NCBI GenBank assembly: GCA_039621445.1 | Contig: CP154954.1 | Span: 39,579,816-39,643,815 of the forward strand | DNA: 64,000 nt | Reading direction: 5' to 3' | Origin: Euglena gracilis | Taxonomy: Eukaryota | Part shown: positions 27,141 through 38,498 of the stretch, piece by piece | Numbering within the stretch: position 1 is the first letter of the stretch | How the letters are laid out: each line of letters begins with the position of its first letter | Position numbers and translations under genes: made by a program | The notes under the pieces: generated by a model | Database searches by the model: none | What the model saw: only the letters and a program-made list of their open reading frames with translations | What the model was told of the DNA's origin: nothing

Positions 27141-28220
27141 CCCAGGGGTACCCCCTTACAAGGCCCTGCAGGCCAGCATCCCCCATTGGGTCAAGGCAGG
27201 AGCCAGCAGAGAGGTATTAAACCTGATAAGGGAGGGAGTTATGGCAGATCTTCCCCTCCCCCCTCAAATGTCCTTAAAAGTTCCATTCAAATCTCCCCAA
27301 GAAATAGTGATTGCCCAGAAAATTCTGAGAGAATACGAATGTGCAGGGGCAACCAGGCAAATCCCCCCAGAGGAGGCAAAACATTTGGTCCCTTACTTCA
27401 TCATTTCCAAAAAAGAAGGGGAAAAGACAAAGGAAAGACTGATTGAAGACTGTCGACAGTTAAATCTCCACTTCACCCCCCAGAAGTTCAGACTGGAGCA
27501 TATGGGAAATATCTTCCCATATCTAAGGAAAGGTTGGTTCTGTGGAAAAATAGATTTGAAAGATGCTTATTTCCACTTAAAACTGCACAGCAGTCTAGAA
27601 AGGCATGTTTGCATGCAGGTGGGGGGGGGGAAACATGGCAGTTTCAAGCTGCATGCTTCGGCATCAGCAGCCTGCCTCAAAAATTTATGACTCTCATGAG
27701 AGTCTGGGAGAGGAAATGGAGAAAAGAGGGAAAGGTAGTTTTCATCTACCTGGACGACATTTTGCTGTTAGCCCCCAGCAAAAAGACAGCAGCCCAGCAT
27801 TTGGCAGAAATAAAACAGGACCTTTTACTGGCAGGTTTCAGATTAAACCTCCCCAAGTCCTGTCTGGAACCCACACAGGAAATAAAACATTTGGGCCAGT
27901 GGGTCAACTTGAAAAAAGGCCAGCTGGAAATTCCTCAGGAAAAACTAAAATCCTTAAGAAAGGAGCTGGGCAAAGTGCTCACAGCACAAAAAAATGAGCT
28001 GCAGAAAGCTCAGTTCCATTGTAGGTCAAGTCAGAAGTTACCTAGTCTCAATGCCATTTCTCAGAATTCTGACAGACCAACTTTGCAAAATGGTGGATTT
28101 GCACACAAAGTGGGGTTGGGACCACACCCTAACCATTCCCCAGGGGGTCAAAGATCAAATTGTGGAGTTAAAAGCGTTTTTGCAGCCAGGTGTGGGCAGA
28201 GATTTTCAATCCCAGGCCTC
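27140..28220 (+). CDS. DIRS reverse transcriptase (frameshifts at homopolymers)
   Basis: Motifs RLIEDCRQLN, KIDLKDAYFHL, FGISSLP, YLDDILLL, GFRLNLPKS, IKHLG. Confidence 0.93.
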
Positions 28221-28575
28221 TCAGGAACTGTTCTCAGACAGCAGCACCTGGCAATGGGGGGGGGCTGGACAAAAACTCAGGCCAAAAAGTGCAGGATTTT
28301 TGGAGAGACCTGCACATCCTTCACATCAATCAAAAAGAGTTGATGTCAGCAGTGGAGACAGTAAAAAGTCTGGCCAAACCAAAACAAACAATAATGCTTC
28401 ACGTGGACAGCCAGGTGGCTGTAAGTTATTTAACAAAATGGGGAGGCAGAAAGCCATACCTAAATTCCATCTTAAAACCCCTGCTGTATCATTGTCAGGA
28501 AAAGAAAATCAATTTGCAGGTGGTTTGGGTTCCCACAAAAGAGCAATTGGCAGACTCCCTGACCAGGGAGCAAAA
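28220..28575 (+). CDS. DIRS RNase H domain
   Basis: Motifs LFSDSS..WGG, HINQKEL, VDSQVAVSY, ADSLTR. Confidence 0.9.
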
Positions 28576-28584
28576 GGACCCAGG

Positions 28585-29030
28585 GGATTATACCCTAAAC
28601 TTGAACATCTTTCACCAAATTCTGAAATTTTTCAGAAAGGACATTACCCCAGAGGTGGACATGTTTTGCACACCCAGCAACAAAAAATTTCCCCAGTTTG
28701 TTCGTCGATACCCCCACCAAGGGGTTTTGCTGGTGGATGCCTTGAGGGCCGATTTGAGGGGCCTCCCCCCAGTTTATGCCAACCCTCCCTGGAGCATCAT
28801 TCCCCAGTGGGTTCAGAGATTAATGTTAAACCCAGACCTAACATGGCTGTTGATCGTACCCCACTGGGCTTCGACATCATGGTGGCGCCAATTAATGTCA
28901 AACAGACAGCCAGGCAGCAAAGTTTTGCTGGTCCCCCCCCCCCCAATGGGGTCTATTCACCAACTGCTGGGGGGAGGAGATGCCCCCCCCCCAAGGTGGA
29001 ATTTGGCCTGCTTGATTGTGTCAGGCAAAT
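28585..29030 (+). CDS. DIRS Dam-like N6-adenine methyltransferase-like domain
   Basis: YTL...VDMFCTPSN...VDAL...YANPPW...LLIVPHW...SWW...PPRWNL, the MT domain known in DIRS1 elements. Confidence 0.88.
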
Positions 29031-29935
29031 ATTACAATCCCAGGAAGTTTCGATGTCCAGTATCGACACTTACATAAAAAATCTGGGAAATGTCAAAAGA
29101 TATGGCTCAGCCTTCAGGACATTGATGGGCCAATTATTGCAAAAATGGGTGCCTCTGCAGAAGTGCACAGTCCCCAAGATGGCTGAAGCCATCCTTGATC
29201 TTGCTGTTCATAGCATCAACACTGAACGAAATGCATATGCAGCAGCCTTATTACTCCCAGGGTGGGTCTTTGAGATTTTCACCTCTTCTGGCTCCATTGA
29301 AAAGGAAGTGGAATGCCAATGTCTGCAAGTATGCCCACTTTTGGTACCCCACTGATTTCCTAGAAAACATCATGGGGAATTCCACACCCCTCTCAGACCT
29401 ATCTGTGAAAGAGCTCAGAAACAGACTCATCATCTGTTGGAGGCTTTTGGCCCTCCACAGGGGGGTTGATTTAGCCAGGACACAGCGAAAAATCAGTTTC
29501 GTGGGAGAAAAAATTTTCATTTTGTTGCAAAGGAAAGGGTGGCAATTCCCAAGATTGGAGGAAGTTTTGAATCTGCCACACACCCCCCTCATGAGCCCTT
29601 GGCATTTATTGCAAAAGTATGTGGAAAGGACAGCCCACATGGTTGGACACAAAAATAATTTGTTATGGTCTTTGGATGGTAAAAGACCGTTGACATCAGA
29701 AAGGGTGAATTCCCTGACCAGAGAAATTCTGCAACAGGGGGGGTGGACACCACCCACTGGAAACCCCACAGCACCAGAGGAGCTGGGGTTTTATGGTGGA
29801 AAAATGCTGGTTTGCAAGTGGAAGAAGTCCAGCAATTGGGTCAGTGGAAAAATTTTGGGGCCTTCCAAGCTCATTATTTAAGGCTGGGAGTCGTTTCAAA
29901 AATTAAAAATATTATGGCCCAAAGGGGGGTGCACA
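29030..29935 (+). CDS. DIRS tyrosine recombinase (two frameshifts)
   Basis: HRGVDL (R), QRKG (K), HSTRGAG (HxxR), LGQW and FQAHYLR (Y). Confidence 0.9.
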
Positions 29936-29937
29936 GT

Positions 29938-30039
29938 ACCTCACCATCTCGCAGTGCGGAGCCCGAATGGTCTCGGACTCCCACGACACAGGAAGGGGGA
30001 GGAAGGGACCAAGAGGGCGAAGCACAAGAAGATGGTGAG
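29938..30039. repeat. DIRS internal complementary region (ICR)
   Basis: Its reverse complement reads right end (...gtgggagtccga) fused to left end (gaccattcgggctccgcac...). Confidence 0.93.
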
Positions 30040-31057
30040 CCCAACCCTCCCACCCCAAAAATCGGCAGAAAAAGAAAACCATCCCAACCAGAAAAGGGAC
30101 CCCCAACCAAGCAGCCCCAACCGCCCACCCAGCAACACACCAGAAAGAGAAAACCATCCCCACCAGGGGGGGGGGCCACCAAGCGACCAAGGGAGAGGGG
30201 GGGGGGGGGGCGGCGCCACGACGGTTCAGCTTCGCCAAGGTGTCGGAGGAGGCCACCTCATCGCCAACTCCGGCAACAACGGCGCAGTAAGAAGCACCCC
30301 CCGCGCACGCACAAACACACCAGAACAGAACAGCCGGCAAGGAAAGCAGGACCTCACCATCTTCTTGTGCTTCGCCCTCTTGGTCCCTTCCTCCCCCTTC
30401 CTGTGTCGTGGGAGTCCGAATGGCAAAGAACAGGGGTGTCCAGAAACACCCACCTCCCGCCGGGGAACACTTGGACCGACCTGGGAGAATGGGGGGGGGG
30501 GATGGACCGGTGAGGGATCATTTGGCTGGTGAGGGGTGAAAATGCATGGACCGGTGAGGGGTCACATGCATGGTGAACCCAACACCAAAGTTGTTGGGAA
30601 ATCCCTGTTTTATCGTTGAAAATAAACCAAAAAATGCTCAGTTAATGATTTTTTGGAATATTTTTTTTCACGTAGAAATAAAGGGGAAATATGCAAAAAA
30701 TTGCCACCAAATTGTTTGGGAGAATGAGAACCCATTTCAAAGAAAATTCGAAAGGTTTTTTTGACTTTGAAAGAAAAGCGTCGCAAAAAAATGCAAAATC
30801 GGTAAAAAAAATTAGGCAAAATTCGCTTATCACAAAAGAAGAATAAAAAAACATAAAAACAATATGCAGAAATAATGCTCTTAAAAGTGCAGGGAAAACT
30901 GCGCAAAAACTTCATCCGTGGAATTTTTTTTAAAAAAAAACATGTGCGAAATGAGGGGGGGACTGAAAACTTTTTTATCTTCCTCTCCGGCTCCTGATCC
31001 GGGCAGCAGGACCGTGTGAAAAAGGGATCACAGGCAATCTGCTGGCCCCCGCGTCAC

Positions 31058-32003
31058 CGCGGGCTCCGCACTTTGCCATTGTGAGGCCATGCCTTGCTCG
31101 CCGGCGGTGCTGTGCGATTGTTCGTTGTTCTGGGCTAGGAGGTCCCGCTTATTGCCTTTTTTCGCCGGAGTTGGCTGACTCTAAACTTGCCCTTCGACTC
31201 CAGGAAGACAGGGACAGAGGTCACGAACGAAGAACGACCGAAACAAGAAGTCAATATCAATTCAATATCCAGAAGAGCACGAACCAGGCGAATATCAATT
31301 GAGAATTTAATTATCAATTTCAATTTCGACTTCGATGAGCAATGCAGTGGAGAAGAAATTGGTATCATATCATCACGGACGTCCTGGAGCGGTGGCCGCA
31401 ACAGCTGGAGACCTTGGGGATGCAGTCATCACGTGGCAAACCGTGGCCGTTCTTCCCCCCCAGACTTCCACCCCAGAAATTTCCCAGCCCAAAACCCCCA
31501 CAGTGACGGCCACGGTCCTTGGACCACTACTACCAGAAGGCCCGGAAGGCAGAAGTCAGCCCCAGCCCTCGGTGGGCAAGGAATGGGCCATGGGGGCCAA
31601 AAATGCTTTAAAATTGGAAAATTAAAGCCCAAACATCAGGGGCATCTCCCTCAAAGGCGCCAAGTAGCCTGGGCACAAATCAACAAGAAGAGGGGGAGAT
31701 GGAATCCAGGCCAAGGAGGCCAACACCGAAAGGGCCATGGGGGCCAGTTTTTTCAAGCAAATCCCCTCGGGAAGGGGCATAAAAAGTCTGTACAACCCCG
31801 CAAATTCACCTTGCACAGCAGCCCCCCCAGAATTCCAATGGAGCTGGAGACCAAGGTCAAGAACAGCCCCATGGAGGGGAGACCAAGGTCTGGATCAGAA
31901 TTTCATTCAATGTCCTTTGCACGGCCATAGAGGCCAAAAAGTGCAGGGCCAGGGTGGCCAGTTTTTACAGGGCCATGGAGGCCAGAATTTATCAGGCCAG
32001 TGG
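31058..32003 (+). mobile_element. 5' fragment of a diverged sister DIRS family
   Basis: cgggctccgcac and gccggagttggctga..tgcccttcgac match the left ITR region. ORF motif DGHGPWTT..R..RQK parallels NGHGPWTTVVRKTRRQK. Contains GHGGQ repeats. Confidence 0.75.
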
Positions 32004-34089
32004 TCTTCACCTTCTCCACCGTCGTGTGCATCAGCAGTACCTCCAGCACGAAGGACCGGTGGTCCACCCGCCTGTCCTCCTCCTGCGCCACCTTTCGGCG
32101 CCACGGGTGGACGGGCATGGCCTCCACGAGGAGCTTCCCCAACTCCTCCTCCTCCATCCTCACCTGCCTCGCCATGGCTGCCATCTGCGCATAGTACTCT
32201 CTCCAGGCCTTCTCGGTCAGCTTCCCGCTTGTCACCAGCTTCAGCTTCCTCATTCGCCGCCGCAGGACCACCGTGTCCTCTCCGCTGTTCGCCAGCTCCA
32301 CCTCCCCGATCAGCACGGCACACTCCACCTCCTTCTTGGTTTCGATCTCCTCGTCCAGCATCAGCACTGTGGCTACGTCCAGAGCCGCGCAGAACATGGC
32401 AAGGCGCTGGGCTGGCGTGATGGAGTGCCAGGCCTGCTCGAGTTCCCGAAGGAACAGGAGCCACCGCCTCGGCCACTGCGGCCAGTTCTGCGGATGCCCG
32501 GAGAACCGGCCAGGGTGGTGGCCGATGACGCAATCCAGCAGCGGCTCCTGGAGGAAGTGCAGGGCCGCTGGCTGGTCCTGCACCGGGGTGATACGGACCA
32601 CCGCGGACGCGCTGGCGACAGGGACGGCGGACGGGGTGGTCAGGCGCGCAATGGAGAGGGACGGGACACCGCCACAACCCGTCCCCTCCTGCCTCCGGAC
32701 CATGCGGAGAGCTGGTCGGCGGGTGGATGACGGCTTCTACTGCACAGACTTCTCCTGAGTGGGCTTTTCCATCTGGACTGTACTCACCTCTGGCACTAGC
32801 CGCTGCCGGGCCACTGGCACAGGCTGCTGCTCAGCCGGGTGTGGCGGAGCCTTGGCGGGCATCGCCGGCACCCTCTTGGCCCGGGAGGATGCGATCACCT
32901 TCGAGATGATTTTGTCCAGCTGCTGCACGGCCATCACCGCGGCTTGAGTCTGGAAGTTCAACTTCTGCACTTCAGTTTCCACAACCCGAAGCTTGTCATC
33001 GGGGCTGTCAGCGGCGAGCTTTGCACGGCCACGGTCAGTCCCTGGGCTTGGGTTCATCTTTGGGCTCCTCCTTGGGCTTGGGCTCTCCGTCTCAACCTTC
33101 TGGATCCTCCCAATGATCAGTGGCGGCAGCTCGACGACCTTTGTCTCCTTGGCCGCAGCAGCCTCCACCTTGTTGGTGAGGGTGCACAACTGCGCCACCA
33201 GGACCTTGACCTGCTCCTTCAGCCAGACGTTCTCGGTGTGCTGGTGCTGCAGCTGCGCCGCGAGGTGCGGCGTCACCTCCACCGCCTTGCACTGGGCCAC
33301 CGGGGGCGCCTCCACCTTGGCGGTGATGGCGAACATCTGCCCTTCGGTGATGTTAATTTTCTCCTTCAGCCAGGCGTTTTCGGCACGCTGCCGGTCCTTC
33401 ACCTGTAGCAGCTCTTGTGCCGCGGCCTTGAAGTTCGCCACCTCCACCAGCTCGGTGAGCCCGCTCACAGGCACACCGCTCTTCACCACCATCACCGCGG
33501 CGGCGGCGTTGTCTTCCGCCTCCCTCACTTTCGGTCGGACCCTCCGGAGGTCCTCACCGAAGTCTCCGAGCACGTCGTGGGTGTAAATTCACACTCTTGT
33601 CATGCACTCCTCCGCCGTGGCCATCGTTGGCATGAGGTTGTAGAGTTGTGGTATTCCTTGACGTAGTCTGACGATGTCGTCCTTCACCTTCACCACCTTC
33701 CCCATCAGGTCCACATGGGCCATTTCTTGGGCCGCCTTCCTTTGCTTCAGATCTTGCACCGCCACACCTTGCTCGTCCACCTTGTACATCTCGGCAGCAG
33801 CCATTTGCACGGCCGCCCAGCTGTCCCACATCTCGTTCGCTTTGGAGCCGATGAAGTCGACGCTGTTTGCGGAGGCGGTCCATCCGCGTCTGCAATGCAG
33901 CCCGTTCAGGCTCCCACTCGGGGGGGGGGGGGGGTTGCCATGCATGACCTCGTCCGGCATCTCCTTGACGTCGTAAATCTCGCTCTGGTCTCCGACCGCC
34001 AGCCACACCTCGTCGTCATCAACGACCTTCTCCCTGGCGTTGTTGATAATTTTCACCTTGTCCATCAACATCGTTGTCTCATTTGTCAT
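32004..34089 (-). pseudogene. GC-rich Gag-like ORF with long coiled-coil N-terminus (retroelement fragment)
   Basis: Three consecutive long minus ORFs with strong GC3 bias. The segment GRFSGHPQNWPQW.RRW..FL resembles the Gag segments at 40363 and 53100. Truncated at 32004. Confidence 0.55.
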
Positions 34090-37000
34090 CAGAGAGTCCT
34101 AGCCGCGGCACCTTGTACGGCCGGACGGACGATAGTGGGGTGCGGAGGTGCGCGTGCACGGCGGCGGTACTCGGGTGTTCGCTTGGGGACAGGTAGGGAG
34201 GCGGACCTCCCTCCGGTGCGGCGATGATTTGGCTTGACGGCGACGCTGTCTGAGACGGCGAGGGCCCTACCACTGGCACTGGCGGCAGGGCAGACTGCTT
34301 AGACAGATGCACGGATGGGATCAGGTCAGCAACGGGGTCGGGGATCCTGTCTCGGCCCTCGCACTCTGCTCGTCGGTGGGATGATAAGTAATGGCCCGCA
34401 TTCCCTAATCTGGGCTCCTCGGTGGCCCAGGGCTTTGCACAGGCACCGGTAGGACCGCGAAGGCCCGCTCACTCTGTAGCTCCGGGACGCCCCACAGGTG
34501 GGGCACCTCGGACAGGAATAGGCCTGGGAAAGGCAGGGAAGGGATCATCTGGGGGAAGGGTGGGGTCACGGGGAAAAGCTGAGTGGTGGGGCCCCAGGTG
34601 GATTCCAGGGGGTCGGGTATCAGCTCTGGGGCTGGACTGATTTCGGTTACAGGAGGGAGACTTGGGACGAGTCTCGAGGGATATCGACTAGGGACTCGGA
34701 TTGGAGGGGGATGAGTGGGAGTTGGGGAAGGGCTGGGAAGGTGGGAAAAGAGGATTGTGGGGATGGGAGGAGGGATGGGGCAAGGGATCGGGGGTCCCTA
34801 TTCGGGGCGTTTGCTTGCGCTCCGCGAGGGCTATCGGGAAGGCTTGCAGTGGGGGCTGCCACTTCAGAGTCCGCCGGAAGGGTTGGCATCTTGTCTGTGT
34901 GCCGGTGGGCTGTAGCCTCTTCGTGTGTAGAAAATTCTGGGGAGGTGTTCACGTTTTGCCTTTCAGAAAGAGGACACTGAAGAAAATGCCCTTCAATGGA
35001 AAACGTAGAAAGAAGAAGCCTGTGCTACATGGTTTTCTCCTCTCGCCGGTTCAGTGACCTTGCGCGGAAGGGGCTCTTCGGCCGGCCGATCACCCGCCGC
35101 TCCAGTAAATATAGGAAAACGTGCCCAAAAAACTCCTTTTTTTGCGGCCTTCGGTCCCTGATTTCAGCCAGAGCCTTGGTTCCGGCAGAGAAATATTTAA
35201 AAAAAATGTTGGGGGTGAAGGTGCTTTTGTCCAAATCCTTGGAGGGTGCCTCTGAAGCAGTAGGGTGGGGGAGGAAAAGCCTGGTTTAAAGCTAAAAAAG
35301 TGTAGCAGGGGGGGGGGTAGCGGAAGAACGCCTTCACCTTGCATCCCAGCGCCGCTTGCTCTTCTTCTGTCGAAATTGATTTGCTGCTTTTGGTTGGCCT
35401 TCCAGTTTGACTTTTTGAATTTGTTGGACAATTGTTCTCTTGAACTCAGATTGAAATTTAGCATTCCTTCCTTCAACAGGCACAATCCTCTGAAGGAACC
35501 ACCAGGAAAAGAGAACCTGGGACGTGTACCATGCACGTGCCAGCTCTGTAGGATACCTGCAGAGTAGGTTCAGTGACGATTGCACCACTGTGGAAACCAG
35601 AGCTGGCACGATCGTGACAGATCCTACCGGGATCTGCCCCTGGACACGTCTGCACTTTTCTCTCCTTCCTCCACAGTGGTATTCCTTTGTTTCACTGTCT
35701 ATAAATTTCGTGGTTTGATTCGCCGGAAGGAAAAAATTCAGAACAGTCGAACTTAGTTTCAGAGGAAACATCTAAAGCCTTTGAATTGTGCTTTGCCTCT
35801 TGGGGAATTAGGAACAGAAAGGGAAAATCTACTTTTTTACTCCAAAGACTTTTCCCATTCATAAGTAGGTTGCGCACCAAGGAGAAAGCAAAAGGCCTTT
35901 TCGAAAGGCTCCAAAAAAAGAGGAAAAGGAAAAGCTTTGGACGTACACTTGGTAGCAGAGTTAGGTTACGAGCCTACTCACATATCACAAACAGAATTAA
36001 AGACTACCAAGTATTACACTTGGTAGCACATTTAGACAACGATCCCACACAGCCGTACCACACAGAAATTCTCTGAGGTTGACTGGTGGTGAGGATCGTA
36101 CTGGGCCGTGAAAAACGGTGAAAGTACAGTTCCTGGCCTCTAGACAACCTTCAAGCACTGACTCCGAGTAACCGAATGGGTGTTCCAGGAGGCCTCCAAA
36201 GCCAGGGCACCCGTGGGTTTCATGATGATCGTGGTGTAATGGTAAGAAAAACATTCAGCGGGATTGTTGGTTGCAAGAAATGAGCACATCCAGACGGGTG
36301 CATTCGACCATTTCGGTGGAAATTAGCCTGGTCCGCCCGGGTTACTATGTAAAATATTGTCCAAAATGGACCTTACTCTGAGTGACCGAAAGGGTGATAC
36401 AGGTCTCTGGGGGCTCCGTCGGTAAACGCCGATAAAACCTTCCTGGTACGTGTTTCACTGCTTACTATTGTGAGCTTTTGGATTTTTGCCTTTATAGCCA
36501 TCTCAAAAGGTGCGGGGCTCAATCTCCAACCATCAATTTGATTATGACTTGTTGATGAGTTCATAGGCCCGCCTTGAAGAAGATGACGGAGATTGGAATG
36601 GTTCGATGGAAACAAATTCCACCTCCCGACCCGCCAAACAACAACCACACCAAGACATATTGATCCATTTGTCATTATCACAGGGCAAACGCCTTTGTTG
36701 CAAGGGGGCGACGAGCCTTCTTCGTCATCATTGTCATTGATTGTGTAGGATGTAGGTGGCAAATGGCCTTCCTCCATCCCGGTTCAACCATCTTTGATGC
36801 AGCGAGGGGATGAGCCCGTTGCCCAAGTACACTTGGTCACCGGTGTTACCCATGAACAAAGTGAGGGGTATGTGCCCTTTGCTCTGTTCACACCAAAACG
36901 ATTCCTGGTGGAAGCACCCGTGGGCCTTTTGGAGTATACCTCGGTGGAAACGCCGTGATTTTTCAAACCCCCCCTCAATTACCATCCCCCCACACAGCCT

Positions 37001-38100
37001 ATCGCGCATTGCGGCGATTACCCGCGGAAACAATTTTTTTCCCTTCATTGCCATGGAAACGAGATATGCGTCTGGTGGTTCCGGAAATCTCTGGTGCCTT
37101 TTCCGTTGTGGATTAATATGATGATTATTTGAGGGACAACGTCCAAGGTTGGGTTTTGTTTTTGTATTTTTGGGGGGGTCCTAAAACCAGCCCAACAACT
37201 TTTGGGGGGTACCCAAAAATCAACTTTTTGGGTCTCCATTGACGATGAGAGCAAACCATGGGAAACAATGGTCGACATCCGCAAAGTCACGAAGGGGCTG
37301 TCGCTCAGAGTTGTCCTGAACACTCCCCGCCTGCTTGAAACACTTTCTGGCGGTGTACTTTTCAGTAGTCAGACCATCCCCCACCCAGTTAGTCCAGTTA
37401 GTTTAGTTAGCACAATTTTGGATCCTGAAATTTTTTGGGGCCACAAGGCCTTTTCAAAATGCCCCAAAATGCAATTTTCTGTTCGAGACATGTAAAACCC
37501 CCCAAATAATACCCCCCGCGGTAATATTTTTTCGCCCGAAGTCCCGGCCCAAGGGGGGGTGTTAATTCCCAAAATTTTTCGAAGTTCCATAGGAGCAAAA
37601 ATAGTGCCAAAACCACCTTTGGGATAATTTTTTGTACGTTCTCATGAAATTTAGCATTCCTTGGAGGCCAGATAATCCAGAAAAATAGATTTTTTTTCGT
37701 AATTTATTGTCAGAGATTGTGTTTTTTACCTACATTTTCAGGTCAAAAATCCGGGCTGTCGGCCTGAAACTGGGGGAGGGGGGTAATATTTTGGTGGCCG
37801 AAGTCGTACCCCGAGGGGGGGGGTATTATTTGGGGGGGATTATTTCGGGGGAGGGTTTACTATGATCACACCCCTGCCACCCCCCCAATCAAAGGCCACA
37901 ATTCTGGAGGGCATGATTTTCCCTCCGAAAATAACAATCTGGATTCCAACGGTCACCCCTTATCAGAATCCACAATTTTGTTGTACCATTCCCGCCCCCG
38001 GTAAATAAACACTTGCCTTGTATAAGCACTCCCCCCCGGTGTATAAACACTTGCCTTGTATAAGCACTGCCCCCCCGGTGCACTTCCATCCTTTTGGACG

Positions 38101-38161
38101 TGTTGGACAGGAATCCTGCTTTGCACGCGAGGTCCGTGGTTCGATCCCGGCTGCAGCCCCA
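38101..38161 (+). pseudogene. 5'-truncated tRNA-Ala(TGC)-like remnant or SINE head
   Basis: ctTTGCAcgcg anticodon-like loop, B-box GGTTCGATCCC and 3' acceptor half gcagcccca. The 5' half is missing. Confidence 0.3.
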
Positions 38162-38498
38162 GGGATTACCCAGGGTGGGTCCAGCCGGACTCCCCCGGAG
38201 GGCCCAGGGAGGGGTGGGATATTCTTTTTGGCTCCGCAGGCGCAGAAAATTTTGAAAAAAATGGCTTTTCTTGGCCAAAATCAGCCTTTTTTAGGTAGTT
38301 AGGGGTTAGGGGTGAATTTTTTCAAAGAGGTGGTCACAAAAATACAAATTTTTGGTGTTTTTTTAGGGGGGGTACACAAAAAAACAAAATTTTGGGGGGG
38401 GACCCAAAACCCAAAACCCAACCTTGCAACGTCACCGCCGGTGATGTTTACCGAATTTTCGGCAACTTCCAGCGGATCATCCGCTGAGCAAGCAAATT

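Larger units (their letters stand above)
25802..30419 (+). mobile_element. DIRS1-type tyrosine recombinase retrotransposon, apparently full length
   Basis: Left ITR 25802-25923. Right ITR 30263-30362 plus right extension 30363-30419. ICR 29938-30039 is complementary to both ends. Gag-like, RT, RNase H, MTase and YR domains occur in DIRS order. Confidence 0.95.

Noticed and set aside
34985-36260. Possible LTR or coding relic
   Set aside because: No partner repeat or protein motif found in the window.
36400-37080. pogo/DDE transposase hint (VNADKTFL followed by a GT..AG intron-like segment)
   Set aside because: A single motif only. No further DDE residues or TIRs could be established.
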